Notes under the pieces: model-generated
Told to the model about the DNA's origin: nothing
Database searches by the model: none
Seen by the model: the letters and a program-made list of their open reading frames with translations, nothing else
Part shown: positions 35,176 through 49,340 of the stretch, piece after piece
Position numbering within the stretch: the stretch's first letter is position 1
How the letters are laid out: each line of letters starts with the position of its first letter
From: Fimicolochytrium jonesii
Lineage: Eukaryota
Assembly (NCBI RefSeq): GCF_025526975.1
Contig: NW_026515670.1
Location: 806,001 to 870,000 of the forward strand
DNA: 64,000 bases
Reading direction: 5' to 3'
Position numbers and translations under genes: made by a program

Positions 35176-38100
35176 ATGATGATGGACGACGTGAACCTCC
35201 GGGACGAGGAGGCGTATGGGCATCCCGGTCAAAATGTCTGGCAACAACCAGGGCAACAGCAATACCACTACCACCAACAGCCCCACCAGCAACCACAGGC
35301 ATCACCCTTCGACCGTGAACATCAGCATGAGCCTATGCCGTCCAAAATGACTAGCGATCCTATGGGAACGTCAGCTTCAATGGAGCCAGATCTCAGTCGA
35401 CCACGGACGATGAATCGGGCCGCCACCGCTCTCTCCAATTTCGTTAGTAACACGCTAGATAGGAATGCGGGCAACAAGGAGGCAGTGGAAAGGACCATCT
35501 ATGTCAATGATCCCATCAAGAACTCGCAATTCAAGTACATTCACAACGGCATCTCAACCGCGAAGTACAACCCTGCCACCTTCCTACCGAAATTCCTGTT
35601 GGAGCAGTTCCGAAGATATGCCAACTTGTTCTTCTTGTTCACTGGTACCATTCAGGTGAGGATAGGAGGTAGTTACCAAGAATGGTAGGGTATCTCGCTG
35701 TTTGCTAACTTTGATATCTGCTCAGTTGATCCCAAATATTTCCCCGACGAACAAATTCGGTACTATCCTCCCTCTGAGTGTGGTACTGTTTGCATCTGCC
35801 GTGAAGGAGATCATCGAAGATATCAAGAGACATAAGCAGGACGGAGAGGTGAACGCCCGTTATGCAAAGGTTCTGCATGGATCGGAGTTCGCTCCAAAGC
35901 GATGGAGGGATATTGTCGTAGGAGATGTCGTGAGGGTGGAAAACGGGAACTATTTCCCAGCAGACTTGATCTTGCTCAGCTCCAGCGAACCTGATGCGCT
36001 CTGCTACATCGAGACTAGCAACTTGGATGGGTAAGTAGCAAAGCAAACGCAGTACCTGTGATGCTGGAATGAACCCCCCTGACGTCTCGCCTTCCGACTT
36101 GCAGAGAGACGAACTTGAAGATCCGACAGGGTCTTCCAGAAACGGCGACCATTCTTACTCCGGAGGCCATGGCGCGCTTACACGCCGTCGTGCGTTCAGA
36201 GTTACCGAACAACTCTCTGTACACATACGAAGGCACCCTGCGTCTACCGACAAAGACCGTCCCACTCGATCCACAACAGCTGCTGCTTCGTGGCGCACAA
36301 CTGCGAAACACCCAATGGGTCTATGCGATCGTGGTGTTTACAGGACATGAAACCAAACTAATGCGGAACGCCACAGCTGCGCCTGTCAAGCGAACAAAGG
36401 TTGAGAGGATGGTTAACACCCAAATTCTGTTTCTGTTCGGTCTGCTGGTGTCCATTGCCATTCTTTTGGCTGTAGGAGGCCTCATAAGACAGGTGAGTTG
36501 GTCGTACGCATCTCAGATTCCATTAACCGATTTTGCTCACATTTCATTTATGTCGTTCAAAGATCAGCGGTGATTTCGAGAGAGAAATCCTCAGGCTTGC
36601 AACTTCCGGAAACCCTGCATCGCTATTCCCTAGGAACATTGCGACATTCATCATTCTTTTCAACAACTTGATTCCACTCAGGTACCCTGATATTCCAGCT
36701 CCGCCTTGTCGCTGTCTGTGATTTCTCACTCGGGTGTTGATTTGCAGTTTGATCGTCACCATGGAAGCTGTCAAATTCGTTCTCGGAGGTCTCATCAACT
36801 CCGACCTCGATATGTATCACGAGGAAAGCGATACACATGCCGTTGCTCGGACGTCATCGCTAGTTGAGGAACTAGGCCAAATCGATTACATCTTCAGCGA
36901 CAAAACCGGAACGTTGACGATGAACATCATGGAGTTCAAAATGGCTAGCATTGCCGGAATCGCATTCTCTGAGACCATACCGGATGAGAGACGGGCTGCG
37001 GCGGAAGAGAAAGGCGCCGACGGGGTATGCAAGCGGTTACATGAGCTGTGCCCGACGCAACCAATCAGTGTCTAATTTTCCTCATATACATTTTAGGGGT
37101 ATATGACGTTCAAGCAATTGCTGGTAGCTAAGAACTCGCATCCACATTCAGAGGTCCTCACAGAGTTCGTGAATCTGTTGGCAGTGTGTCACACAGTCAT
37201 CCCGGAAATTGATGAGCACGACCGCACGAAAATCATCTACCAAGCATCGTCACCAGACGAGGCCGCTCTCGTCAAGGGCGCCCAGGACCTCGGAGCGAGA
37301 TTTCACACTCGCAAACCACGGAGTGTCACAATCACCCACGACGGACGGGAGGAGGAATATGAGATACTCAACGTCAACGAGTTCAACTCGACGAGGAAAA
37401 GGATGAGCATCCTATGCAGAACTTCAACCGGACAGATCAAGCTCTACATCAAGGGTGCAGACACGGTTATCCTCGAGCGATTAGGACCGCAAGGCCAGCA
37501 GTTTGTTGATGCCACGTGTGTTCATTTGGAGGATTACGCAACGGAGGGACTCCGGACGCTGTGTCTAGCGTACCGGGACGTCTCTGAGGCCGAGTACCAA
37601 CAGTGGGCGCAGATTTACAACACCGCTGCCAACACCATCAACAACCGACAAACAGAGCTTGACAAGGCAGCAGAACTGATCGAAAAGGATCTGTTCCTCC
37701 TCGGAGCGACCGCCATCGAAGACAAATTGCAGGATGGCGTGCCTGACGCAATCGCCACCTTGGCCCAGGCCAACATAAAAATCTGGGTGCTGACAGGTGA
37801 CCGACAAGAAACCGCTATCAACATCGGATACTCATGCAAGCTGCTGACGGTTGAGTCCAGTCTCATCATTTGTAATGAGGACACGCACTTTGAGACAAAG
37901 GACTTCTTGGAAAAGAAGTTGCTGGCCGTGAGGGGTGGAATGGGGATGGGCGCACCGGCCAAGAAGATGGGATTCATTGACCGCCTGCTCAAGAAAAAGC
38001 CACCTCGTTTCGACAAGGATGCCGAGACGGACACGGAACCGCTTGCGCTTATCATCGACGGGCGGACGCTCGATTTCGCATTGGAGGACGACATCAAGCT

Positions 38101-39505
38101 CACGTTCCTAGAGCTCGCCACTCTCTGCAAATCCGTCATCTGCTGTCGTGTATCCCCGCTTCAGAAAGCCCTCGTCGTCAAACTCGTGCGCAAAAATGTG
38201 CAAGGGTCTGTGACGTTGGCGATTGGGGACGGTGCCAACGACGTTGGGATGATTCAAGCTGCCCACGTCGGTGTCGGTATCTCCGGTCAAGAAGGTTTGC
38301 AGGCTGCGCGGTCAGCGGATTTCGCGATTGCTCAATTCAGATACCTGCGGAAGCTGCTGCTCATCCACGGAGGCTGGGCTTACAACCGGTTGACGAAGTT
38401 GATCTTGTACAGTTTCTACAAGAACATTACGCTGTACTTGATTCAGCTGTGGTTTGCTTTCGATAACGGATTCTCTGGAGCGGTATGTTTCTCAGTGTGA
38501 CACAATCGACGGATTTCGTTTGATTCTGACACTCGTTCCCCTCCAGACCTTTTTCGAAACATGGTCATCACTTTCATCATACAACGTTCTCTGGGCCGTT
38601 GCGCAACCCATCGCTCTTGGTATTTTCGACCAATATCTTTCCGCACGGATGCTCGACCGTTACCCACAGCTCTACACACTCGGTCAACGGTCCTACTTCT
38701 ACAACCACGGAGTCTTTTTCTCCTGGATCTCCAACTCCTTCTACCACTCTGCATTCATCTACTTCATGTGGAGAGCAGTCGTTTCCGGAAGCGACGGTGC
38801 GATTCTCGCCGATGGGCGATTAGCCGATTTCTGGGTCGTGGGCGAAACGATCTTTGCGACAGACTTGTTGGTGATTGGGTTCAAAGCCGCGCTTGTGGCT
38901 CATATCTGGACAAAGTTTACCTGGATCGCGATTGCAGGTGCCTTTTTGATGTTTTTGGTTGCCTTTCCGATCGTGAGTATCATTGAGGATTTGCGCTTGG
39001 CATAAGTTCCTGTTTCTGGGGTTTGCTGATACTTCCATTTCTTCGCACTCCGTTAGTACGTGATTGTTGGACCCATGCTTCACATCTCGCCTGAAATTTT
39101 TGGCCTGAATTCGCCAATGCTTGGGAACCCCGTCTTCTGGCTCGGCCTTTTGCTTATTCCCATCGCCGCAACTCTCCGTGATTTCACATGGAAATAGTGA
39201 GTACTCCAGCCCCCCAATGTCTTTCTCGGCTTGCGCAGGATTTACATTTTCTGACCTGTCTTCCTACTACTCGCAGCGCAAAACGAACCTACCGCCCGAA
39301 CAGCTACCACATCATCCAAGAGGTGCAAAAGTACAACATCCCAGATTACCGACCACGGATGGAGTGGTTCCGCAAGGCCATGCACAAAGTGCGCATGATA
39401 CAACGGCTGAAAAGGACGCGCGGGTTCGCGTTCTCGCAGAACGAGGGTGGACAGGCTGGCCTTATCCGTGTGTATGACACCACGCAACGGAAACCCAAAG
39501 GGTGA
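35176..39505 (+). CDS. DRS2: P4-ATPase phospholipid flippase (Drs2/ATP8A type), multi-exon
   Basis: [66 protein letters not shown] and the C-terminal RGFAFSQ regulatory motif. Confidence 0.96.
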
Positions 39506-41866
39506 ATGCACCGGTTCGGCTCCTCCGATTCTCTGCCTAAACATCAGAACAGATTTTGGGCATATCCTGGCCGCCCAGTAGATTCGTCCCGATCGCTTTT
39601 GGTCCGAGTCTCTTCCAGCTACCCCTCTTGTACAAAGTAATCCCGCTGTTTCTATGCTAGTATCTCCTACATCCAGATTGATATATCTAGCATCCCATCA
39701 TTGTATCTATAGAGCATAGACCCTCTCAGTACTAATACGAAGTTTGAAATTTCATCTTTTTGCGGCGTTTCCGCCACACTAACTCCAACGCGACCGCATT
39801 GTACCAAGGCTAAAACCTATCCCTGAAGCTTCAGTAGCCCACCGCCGGCAACATATCGTGCGCATGAAAAACGCTCATCCAGTGATTCCAAGTTTGCGAT
39901 CACAGACCCACTTTACGATCACATACGGAATCACTATTCCCATTCCCCTTAGATTGAGCTTCGGGATCGTGGTAAAGCGGAATCTGATTGCGTGATGACC
40001 GTACTGTCAGTACGTAAAGCGTTGAGAACTGACGATTCACGCGTTTCACGCGTTTACGCGTTTTTAGGACGTGTGTATTTTTCTGCCACCGCGCAACCAA
40101 GCTAACGTCGGCCCAACCATGTGGCTCCAATCATCAGTTACAGATTGGTCGCTTCGCTCTGTCTGCAGTATGCTCAAGACCTCTGCAGCCTCGTAGACCT
40201 CCGGCGCATCCTGCTCGCCCATATTCAGTACAATGTCACCCAACGTCTCTACAACCCGGTACGAGCATGATGAGCGTCCGGTACAGGCTAACTGCTGGTG
40301 TCGATGTGCCAGTTAATGGGATCGAGATGGACTGCAATGTGATGAGCTGATGAGCTGGCCTGTCTCACTCTCTCACTCTAAGACAGTACCAGCATTCAAG
40401 AGTTTGAATTCTCAACGGAAGTGGACAGTGAGCCGGGTGAGGACTGGGAGCCCGAATGGAACATTGACGTGAGCACAAGCCTCAGGAATGAGCGGAAGGT
40501 TTACTTGTAAACAGAAGGCAGCATATTGTTATTCACCATATTGAAACATCCAACCTGAACGGTAACCTCCCGGCCAGAAATGGAAAAGGAAAGGAGGGCA
40601 AATCTGAGCTTCCCCCAGGCAGAACGGGTGAGTGAGCATATGCGATCAGTAGCTTTGACTTTGCTGGAGTGGTATCACAGCAAGGCTGGTAGTATGGGAC
40701 GACCCAAAGTAATCATCCTTTCTGCCAAGCATTGAGTTGGACACCTCAAGAGAGCTGAGATTGGGCTCCAGGATCTGGCCCTCAAAGCCAAACTCACGGT
40801 GCACGTCCAATTCCCTGCGGGACAAGCCCCACCACAGCACGGGGAAAGGGGGCACAGCTTTAAAGAAAGGCATCGCATCGCCATAGGACGTCTGCCATGC
40901 GTCTCCCCCAAAAGTATGGCCACCAATGCTGCCAAAAGGAAGTACGCACCTGCACCTGTTCAGCACTGTTCTCCTTCTCCCGAGGTGAAATTTTTTTTTT
41001 GCCTCTGGCCCAGCCCGGGCCAAAATCAATGACTAAATACTTGGAAACGCATCATGGACGTGATTCCTCTCCGTTCGCAGCATACAACCGCGTCCTGGAC
41101 GCCCATCTCCCTCCTATGCCCAAAAAACACGTAACTCGCTAATCTGAGGGTCCGTATTCGGCGGTTGTCTTAAACCAGTCATGTGCATATCCTGCTGCAG
41201 GAAAGCCCTCCTCCTCCTCACGTTGAAATCCCCACGTCCTTCTCCCAGCCCGCTCTAATCTCGCCTAAAACGTCTGTCATCCACCTCACGATGTTTCGGT
41301 GGAGTCGGGGCTCCGACTGCGGGATTTGACCTGTTGCTGTATGCAAATCCCTGTTGCTGATGCAATACAGCACGACGCTCGCCCGACTACCGAAAAGTTT
41401 TTGCTCTCTTCGAAGCTTGCTTCCATGCCTCTATTCGACCAAACCAAAAACATCAATGACCCCGAGTGAAATGTGAACGAACATCCCGCTTTGAAATCCC
41501 CGCTGGAAGATATCCACTCGGTGGTACGCAGCAGATACATCGGAGTATGAGGAAGGCAAATTGGCCCCGTAGGCCACTGGGTTGATTGACCGTCCGGGAC
41601 GCGATGTGATCCGTGCCCGCATCGCATATCTTCTTCCGCCTGGTGCGGTTTCGATCCGAACCGAAATCGCAGCAGGCAGATGACTTTCAACGCGGACAAC
41701 GCGTTTGGCAGCGACAGGGTGAGCAGATTAAAGGATGAGACTTGCACCATCTTGATACAGTGAAGCGACGCAGCGAGAACAGGGCGGTATGTCTCGCTCT
41801 CCTGGCTGCCCCTCCGCGCGACCTGGTTGCATGGTGTCCATGTCATTGATTGTAACTCTACGAAGT

Positions 41867-42967
41867 CTACTGTCCAAAAATTGAGTCCAGAACCACTCCT
41901 ACAGCCGCCTCATCGTTGGTCACGGGTGCCACATACGCCGCTGCTTTCTTCGCTCCTTCCATGCCATTGGGCATGACAACGCCGTACTTGACAGTCCCCA
42001 ACATCCCAGCATCATTCTCTCCATCTCCAAATGCCAGCACATTGTCCACGGTTATGCCGAGTTCATCGCATATGTGTTGCAGAGCGGCTTGTTTGGATGC
42101 TTTCAGCGGTAGCAGCTCGAGGGCAAAGGTTAGGGCTTGCGTGAGGTGGAATGATGTTGCAGGGTAATCTGTAACGAGATGCTGGCGGAAAGCTGTGGCC
42201 GAAAAAAATAAGGGTAAGATACCAGTGCTTTTCTGACAATACGGGTATGGCCTCGTACCTGGAACTTCTGGGTCGTTGACACAAAGGACCATTTTCTGAT
42301 GAAAACAATTGTGGATACCGCTTCGTCGAATGAACAGATAGAAGGGGCTCCCAACATCGCCTTACCTGCACTTTCACATCCCCGCTCTCCAACCTCTCCA
42401 AAAAGCCCTCGGGCGGCACCTTGACGTCCTCCCCAAACGCTCTCAAAATCTCTAACCAGCCCTTGCCATCCTCCCTCGCAGGCCCGCCCACCCGGCCTCT
42501 CGCATCAAGCACGACCTCAAACACCTCATCCGTAACATAAACGAATGTCCCTATCTGCCTCTTCCGATTCTCACGGACAACTCGCCTAACGAAATCCGTT
42601 TCCAGGTTTTCGGCCCAGTCAAGGGTTGTCCCGTCGTTCGCGTCGTTTGGCCCGTAGATCAGGCATCCATTTGTATGGATGCAGTGGAAAGGAGTCAGGT
42701 TGAGGTCGCGGCGGATATCCAAAGTGGCGGCGAAGGGCTTGCCGGTGGCTATTATGAACGGCAGATCTGGGTGCGACTTGCGGATGGCCAGGATTGCATT
42801 GCGCTGGAAGAATGGAAGTCAGTCGTCATTTGGACGAGGTGAACCGGTTGCTCTCAACGTTTGCCTACCGTTTTTGCAGGAACCTCGTGGGCGGAGTCCA
42901 GTAGCGTTCCGTCCACGTCGCTGACTATGAGCTTGACGTTCTCCTTCTTGATAGTTGCGGGGTCCAT
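41867..42967 (-). CDS. Cof-like HAD-superfamily hydrolase (subfamily IIB), multi-exon
   Basis: Motif I IVSDVDGTLL, motif II IATGK, HTNGCLIY, ASKQAAL, and motif IV AFGDGENDAGML..MPNG..TNDEAAV. Confidence 0.9.
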
Positions 42968-43331
42968 TTTAGTCGTTTGGTGTGTGGTTCCCAGTACAGT
43001 CACTTTCCAGACCTCAAATGCAAACCAAATGCACATGCAAACTGCAGAAAGTGGGGATCGACGCGGTGTCATCGATGATCGAGCCCTGCCAAACAGCCTG
43101 CCAAACGTCACGGTGAGCAACAAGCTAAACAAGGGACCATCCCCAGAGCAGCCAGAGCTTGCACTCTCTGGATCAAATCGAGCAGCTAGTCAGGCATGTA
43201 TAGAAATCGGTGCCGGATCGATATCGACCCGCTCTGCCAAAACGACGGACAATTTACTATCGGGATCTGTTGGCTTAACCGGACTGGACGCATTTTGTGT
43301 TTCGTGGAAACAACAGCACCCCCTCTGTATC

Positions 43332-43766
43332 ATGACCAGCCTCAGCGCCCCGGAACATTGGAACGGACGTCCGTATTACAATATGAGCTCCGCGATTCAT
43401 GGGACCATGAAATCAAGTACATGGGAACCGAGCCCGGCGAGGCCCATACCACGCTTCACCAGATCTGCAGAAAGGAATCAGAGTGTCCTCCGACTCGAGA
43501 TGAAATCCCTCGTGCAGTATATGAAACAAAATTCCCGGGCTCCGCAAAAAAAGGGAATTGGTGTCCTGATGGAAGAGCAGGGTGGGATCTTGTTATGCGA
43601 GAGTTTAAAAAGCAAGAGGGCGTTGGAGAGATTTGGACCTGTTTATAGATGGAGGTGGATGTTTCGAAGGGACATGAAGGATGGATGGCGGAAGTTGCGC
43701 CGTTTCCAGCGTATAATGGTGCCCGAGGGAGAGGAGTGGAGGTTTGACGAAAAGCTGAGTCAGTAA
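43332..43766 (+). CDS. Possible short hypothetical protein (3' part of the 301-aa ORF)
   Basis: Open frame divergent from the HAD gene, with no recognisable motif. The overlapping frame 43196-43648 is also open. Confidence 0.2.
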   Translation: MTSLSAPEHWNGRPYYNMSSAIHGTMKSSTWEPSPARPIPRFTRSAERNQSVLRLEMKSLVQYMKQNSRAPQKKGIGVLMEEQGGILLCESLKSKRALERFGPVYRWRWMFRRDMKDGWRKLRRFQRIMVPEGEEWRFDEKLSQ

Positions 43767-44749
43767 GACTCGGATGACCAGGTGGAGTTAGACCAGGAAG
43801 GTAGCGAAATCGCGGCTACCGATGATGAGGGCAGACGAGGATGTCGCTGAAGAGGCAAATAGGCTCAGCTTCCCGGTAAGCCAATGCACAATGCAATAAT
43901 CAGGACGACCGTGCGGATGTCCGTGCAGATGGCTTTTCCAATGCGCAACAGAAACGCGAGGCCCGGCTGCTTCAGTGCCGAAGCGCCCGATGAAACTTAT
44001 TCCCAGCGGGGTGTAACTAATGGACGCGCTGGGACAGAGACTTCCAGCGCATCCTTCAACCCACGGCCTCCGAGCTTCGGCGGACCCACGTCAGGAGTCA
44101 GGACTCCCCAGCTTCGAGAGCTGCTTGATCATCAGTAAAACGACCAGCCAACCGCTATTCCCCCGGCGTACGGACTCCGCGGAGGCCTGTCAGTGAGAGT
44201 CTGGGACTGAACGAGCTAAAGGTGGTTGTTGCCAACGTGCCAAGTCGACCGTCGTTACTACGTGACACACACCACCGCGTCACAAAGGTCCGACAATACG
44301 GGAGATCGGAGGGCTGATTGGACACGTCCGAGTCGGAAAGCGCTTAAACCTTAATCTCGCTCATTAGCCGTCGGAAATGACAGGGGTCCGTCACATTAGA
44401 ACTCTGGCGAGCGGGGTTGATATGAGCGTCCTTACTTGCGTCCGCCGTTCCGGAAAAACGTTACATAGGAAGTCATCCCATTCCTGAAAGTGTCGGCCGT
44501 CCGTTAGTCGGTGCTCGTATGCGGCTTCTCGAGAGGGGTATATTTCCGCTTTTCACGCCCCGTTCCCAAACTGCCAGAGAATGGAACCGGCCAATGAGGC
44601 CAAGGTTGACCCAACGTCAAAGGCCGCACCCGCTGCCGTAGATATGAACGACGGTAGGGAAGCAGTGCCAGGATATTTCTTAGGGTGCAACTGCTCTTTC
44701 TGAGTTCTGGTTCTGGATCTAGTAACCTCGCCAAGAAGTTCCGCTCGCC

Positions 44750-47700
44750 ATGGGAAGAGTTATCAAGGTTAGACGTCGTTGCAGCGCTAAGTTACGGCTC
44801 TAACATACTTATTACTGACCGCTCTCAAACTCCCAGTTCGGGCTTTGGGACGAAAGACACTGGCATACCAGAAACGGCAGCTTTTCACCAACATCTGTTG
44901 CGTTGCGTATGTGTGATCAAAGCCGGATCGTTTGATGTCACAATCGTTTAGCCCACCCCTTTGTTGCTGCCTTTTTGATTAGATGCTGTCCACTGTTGAT
45001 GGTGGTGCTTTCGGCAGCGCTGGGAAAGGTTATCCAAAATCTCGTCGACAAGTCTACAGCGCCGAGAGGTAGTCATTCCTCGCCCCATCTCGTTGTGTAC
45101 GCAGCCTTCTTGACCCTGCGATTGATATCTTCCGGCCACCCCTAGATATTATTTACTGTTCCTCCGTCGTTGCGCTCGATGACTCGAACTTCCCACTCCA
45201 GAACGTGTCGGACCCGCTGCTACCGTCGACTCCGCCAATGATCAATGGCAACAAAATCCTTGGCACCTCAGAGGATCTGGTCTATCATGCGAACTTCCTG
45301 GTCGGTCCAACCCAGAATGGCCCACCCAGTGCAGGTAGCTTGGTCGGAAATGCTCCATGCGTCAGATACTTTGGGACCGGGTACAGCTATCGCACTGGGG
45401 ATCCTTACGCCACTGACCCGCAAGTGGCCGCCAGCGCGAACTACGCTACATACGATAGGTATGTCACAACCGTGAATGTTTTGAGAACGATCATCTTTGC
45501 TTATCTCGCCCTCTACACAAAGTACTTACTCCCCGGAGCCGCGGGGTGGATGGCTTTCGCCGACCGTTGCTACGAAGCTGGCCCGGTATCTGTTTCAATA
45601 TGAACTTCGTCCATGGGCCTTCGTCAGTCAGAGCAGCAGCGTTACGAATGCGGGCTCGCGTGAGCAAGGGCCGCTCATCCCAATCACACCCGCTTTGTCC
45701 ACCTTCACCCCTCTGAAACCCGCTACAGCAGCGAATGGACTGCTGGATACGATTGAAAGCAGGCTTTACGTGAATGCCACAACGACGGGAGGCAATCTGA
45801 ATCTTGCCGGAGTCGAAAGCGTCCCGTTCTTCCAAAACGTTGGAAGCGATATCAATCTCGCACTTGGAACGGCGATTCGAAACGCCGTGGACAGGTTATC
45901 TACGATAGATAAGAGCATCTTTTTCGAATCCGACCCAGATCCAGACACCGTTTCGAAGTTCCTGGTAGATGTGTCTGGCGTGACCAACTCGGTTCCATAC
46001 GGAGGTACGCTTTCCATTGTGTAGCTGCCGATGACTTATCCCGGTCTGCCATAGTAGACCTCACACAATCATGCACTTTTAGCTCTTCACCTCGATACTA
46101 TCGATCATGCGGCGAAGAAGTACAAGTATACGATGCAGATTGGCAAAGACAAACGATTTGAGGCCGCTGCAGGATATCCTACCGCAGGTCTTCGCCAGGT
46201 TTTGCAGCAGGCACAGCTCAACGGCGCCATCCGTAAGAACTTTTCATCCAACTGTTCCGATTGCGGAGTTTTTCCTGAAACTTACATACGCTCACAACCT
46301 TGCAGTCCGGACAAGTAACCCCGGAACGTACGGAGCTGCCGCGATCACCGCAAGTACCCGCGCTTTCCCGATCGTCCAAAGCACGCGCCTCGACATTCCC
46401 TTCTCATCTTTCATCGGGCGTATCCTCTTTCCGTTCGGTGTCTCGTTCCTCACCCCATTCTTTGTTGTGACTTTGGTGAAGGAGAAGGAGGACAGGATCA
46501 TGGGGATGATGAGAATGGTTCGTTTGGAGATGGTTGGTCAGGTATTGAGGCTTGGAGCGATATTCTGACTCCATCTTCCTTGCCTGTTGTAGAACGGGCT
46601 GAAAGTGTGGACATATTGGCTGGCCCATTACATCCATTTTTACTCCCTCCATATCCTATCCGCTGCGGTTTTCCTGATTGTCGGAGCCGCCGTCAAAATG
46701 GTAGGGATTTTCAGGGGACATGGCTTAGCGAACGAAGGCTAATCCAACCTCTTTTCAATAGTCTATGTTCACGAAGACTTCACCTGGCGTGCTGATTTTA
46801 GTCCTGTTCATATGGGGCCATGGTAACTATGCCTCCAGTGTCGTCGAGCATGAAAGATTAGCTAATATCTGATTGACTAAAACTTACTTCACAGCTCAAG
46901 TTGCCCTGTCCTTCTTGCTCGGTGCTCTTTTCGGAACATCGCGCACCGGGTTGGGTGAGTAGCTTCCGCGCGTTCAATGCAAAGGGCATTTCAACTGATA
47001 CTGATTGCCCTCTATAGTCGTGACTTTCCTCATCATCCTGTGCAGTGTCCTAGTCTCTCTCGCTGGCGACAGTCTTTTCGTCGACCAAGCAGCACCGTCA
47101 GGCTACTTTGTCTGGCCACCATTCGCTTTCTATCGGATCCTCACGGTCCTCAACCGCACATCCTTCCAAAAGACGGAACGTCCTTACACGATCAGTCGCA
47201 TCCGTCCAGGGGATGAGGTGTTTACAGCCATCATGTTCATGATCTGGGAATGGTTCGTGTTGATGGCACTGGCGATATGGCTTGGGAATGGGGGGTGGAG
47301 CAAGCTTGTGTTTGCGACCAAGCATCGGTTAGCGAATAGGAGGAAACAAAACGATCTTGGCAAAGTAAGTGTATCATGGCATATTTCAAAAACTGCACAT
47401 GAAGACGCGTACTTACAAACTCCGCGATCACTACGCTCAGCAGGTAACAGACGAAGAGGCCCAACAACCGCCAGAAAACTACACATCTCATGAAGACGCA
47501 GACGTCACCGCCGAACGAGCGCGCGTGACCGCTCTAGCCGAGCATAACAGCAATCCGCTCATCCTCAAAGACTTGCAAAAGACCTACGCGACCACGGGCA
47601 AGAAGGCGTTGAAAACACTCACCCTAGCTGTGGAGTCTGATCTTGTGTTTGGTACGTTAGGACGTGCTTAGGATCTACGATAATCAGCATACTGACACGG

Positions 47701-48891
47701 TGGTTTACAGGTCTGTTGGGACCAAACGGGGCTGGAAAGTCTACGACGATCAGCATCCTGACTGGACTGTATGATGCGACGGGAGGCAAGGCGTATATCG
47801 CGGGCTATGACATTTACTCGGAGCAGGAAGACGTGTGGAGGGTCGTGGGTATTTGCCCACAGCATGGTAAGTTGGCTGACCGAAAAAGCATTTTCCCATA
47901 TTGCGCATGCTCACCCGCGTCTACCTTGTTGCTAGACATCCTCTGGGATGATCTCACTTGTGAAGAGCACTTGCTCTTCTACGCACGGCTGAAGGGCATA
48001 TCACCATCAGAAGAAAAGAAGGTGGTGGAAGAGAGTCTAAGAACCGTCGCGCTGCATGGCGCGTTCAAGAATAGGCTATCGAAAGGACTGAGTGGCGGGG
48101 AGAAGCGGCGTCTCTCCATCGCGATTGCTTTGGTTGGGCATCCCAAAGTGGTCTTCTTAGATGAACCTACGGTAGGGTGGCAATGCTCACGTTTCCTACT
48201 GCCGGGACTCGTCTCGGATACTGAACGTCGTGTTATTCGCCTCTTCATAGACGGGGCTTGACCCGGAAGTCCGTCGTCTCATCTGGGACATCATCCAGCA
48301 GGCCAGGATAGGCAAGACGATCATCTTGGTAAGTTCTGTCCGCCCGGTTTTAGCGCCAGGAATTAGACAAGCTGACCCAATTCATTTCACAGACAACGCA
48401 CTCCATGGAAGAAGCCGAAGTACTTTGCCAACGCATCGGCATCATGTCTCAAGGCACGTTGCGCTGTCTCGGCTCCCCGCTCCGCCTCAAACAACTCTAC
48501 GCAAACTCCTTCCGTCTCTCTTTCTCCTCCACGTCTGAAGACACCATGCCCGCAGCCACACAATTTGTGGAATCACAAGTGCTGCCGTCCGGCGGTGAAT
48601 GGCAGCGAGACGAGAGTTTTGCCTCACAGGCGACGTATTCATTCCCTAAGGTGAAATCATCAAAAGAATCTACCCCGTATAACACAAATATGGCAACCCA
48701 AATACTAAATGACATATTTTGTTTCAAATTGGTAGGATGATGACCGGTTACCTGTGTCCAAGGTGTTTGAGATTATGCAGGAACATGCTGAACTTCATGG
48801 CATTTCGGAATACGGAATCGGAGAAACTACGTTGGAAGAGGTGTTTGTGAGGATCATTGGAGCGGACGGCGAGGAGGCTTCCGCAGAGTGA
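44750..48891 (+). CDS. ABCA-subfamily transporter, half-size (one TMD and one NBD), many exons
   Basis: N-terminal [32 protein letters not shown], Walker [49 protein letters not shown] and TTLEEVF. Stop TGA at 48889-48891. Confidence 0.92.
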
Positions 48892-49340
48892 GCGACATTA
48901 TTGGAACATGGTGGGACTCATATTACTCTTTTCACTGCAATCCACCTGACATGGCTTTATGTAACTGTACGCGGACCATGGACTGTCGCACTTTTCTGTA
49001 TAATACACACTGGACATTCTCCTTCTGCGAAGGATGAAATCATCCGGCGGCCCCGTTCCACATGTCGAAGGCGTGATAGCTCCGGATGCAACACTCCATA
49101 TTCTGTCCCCAATCCATCTTCTATTCGAAGCCAGTCCTTCCATATGATGCTTCGCCCGCAATGCCCTTCCTCCGATGCATGAAACCAGTCCACCCGTCCG
49201 TCGCTAAATCCCAAAACGTTCACTCGATTGAACCATCTGAAGCTAGATTTGAGATATATTGAGGAGACGGAGTATGCACTATACAACGCTACGGCTCGTC
49301 CAACATTACTGTTGTATCCAAAAGCGAGACTTCGAAAAAT

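Noticed and set aside
39992..40032. Box C (GTGATGA) and box D (CTGA) pair
   Set aside because: The pair spans only about 41 nt, too short for a C/D snoRNA, and the CTGA coincides with a likely branch point.
41350..41770. + frame interrupted only by TGA codons (selenoprotein or recoding?)
   Set aside because: No selenoprotein-like context or SECIS was recognised; explained by chance or decay.
42861..43331. 5' half of the 301-aa ORF
   Set aside because: It starts at a non-ATG codon and overlaps the first exon and promoter of the HAD gene on the opposite strand.
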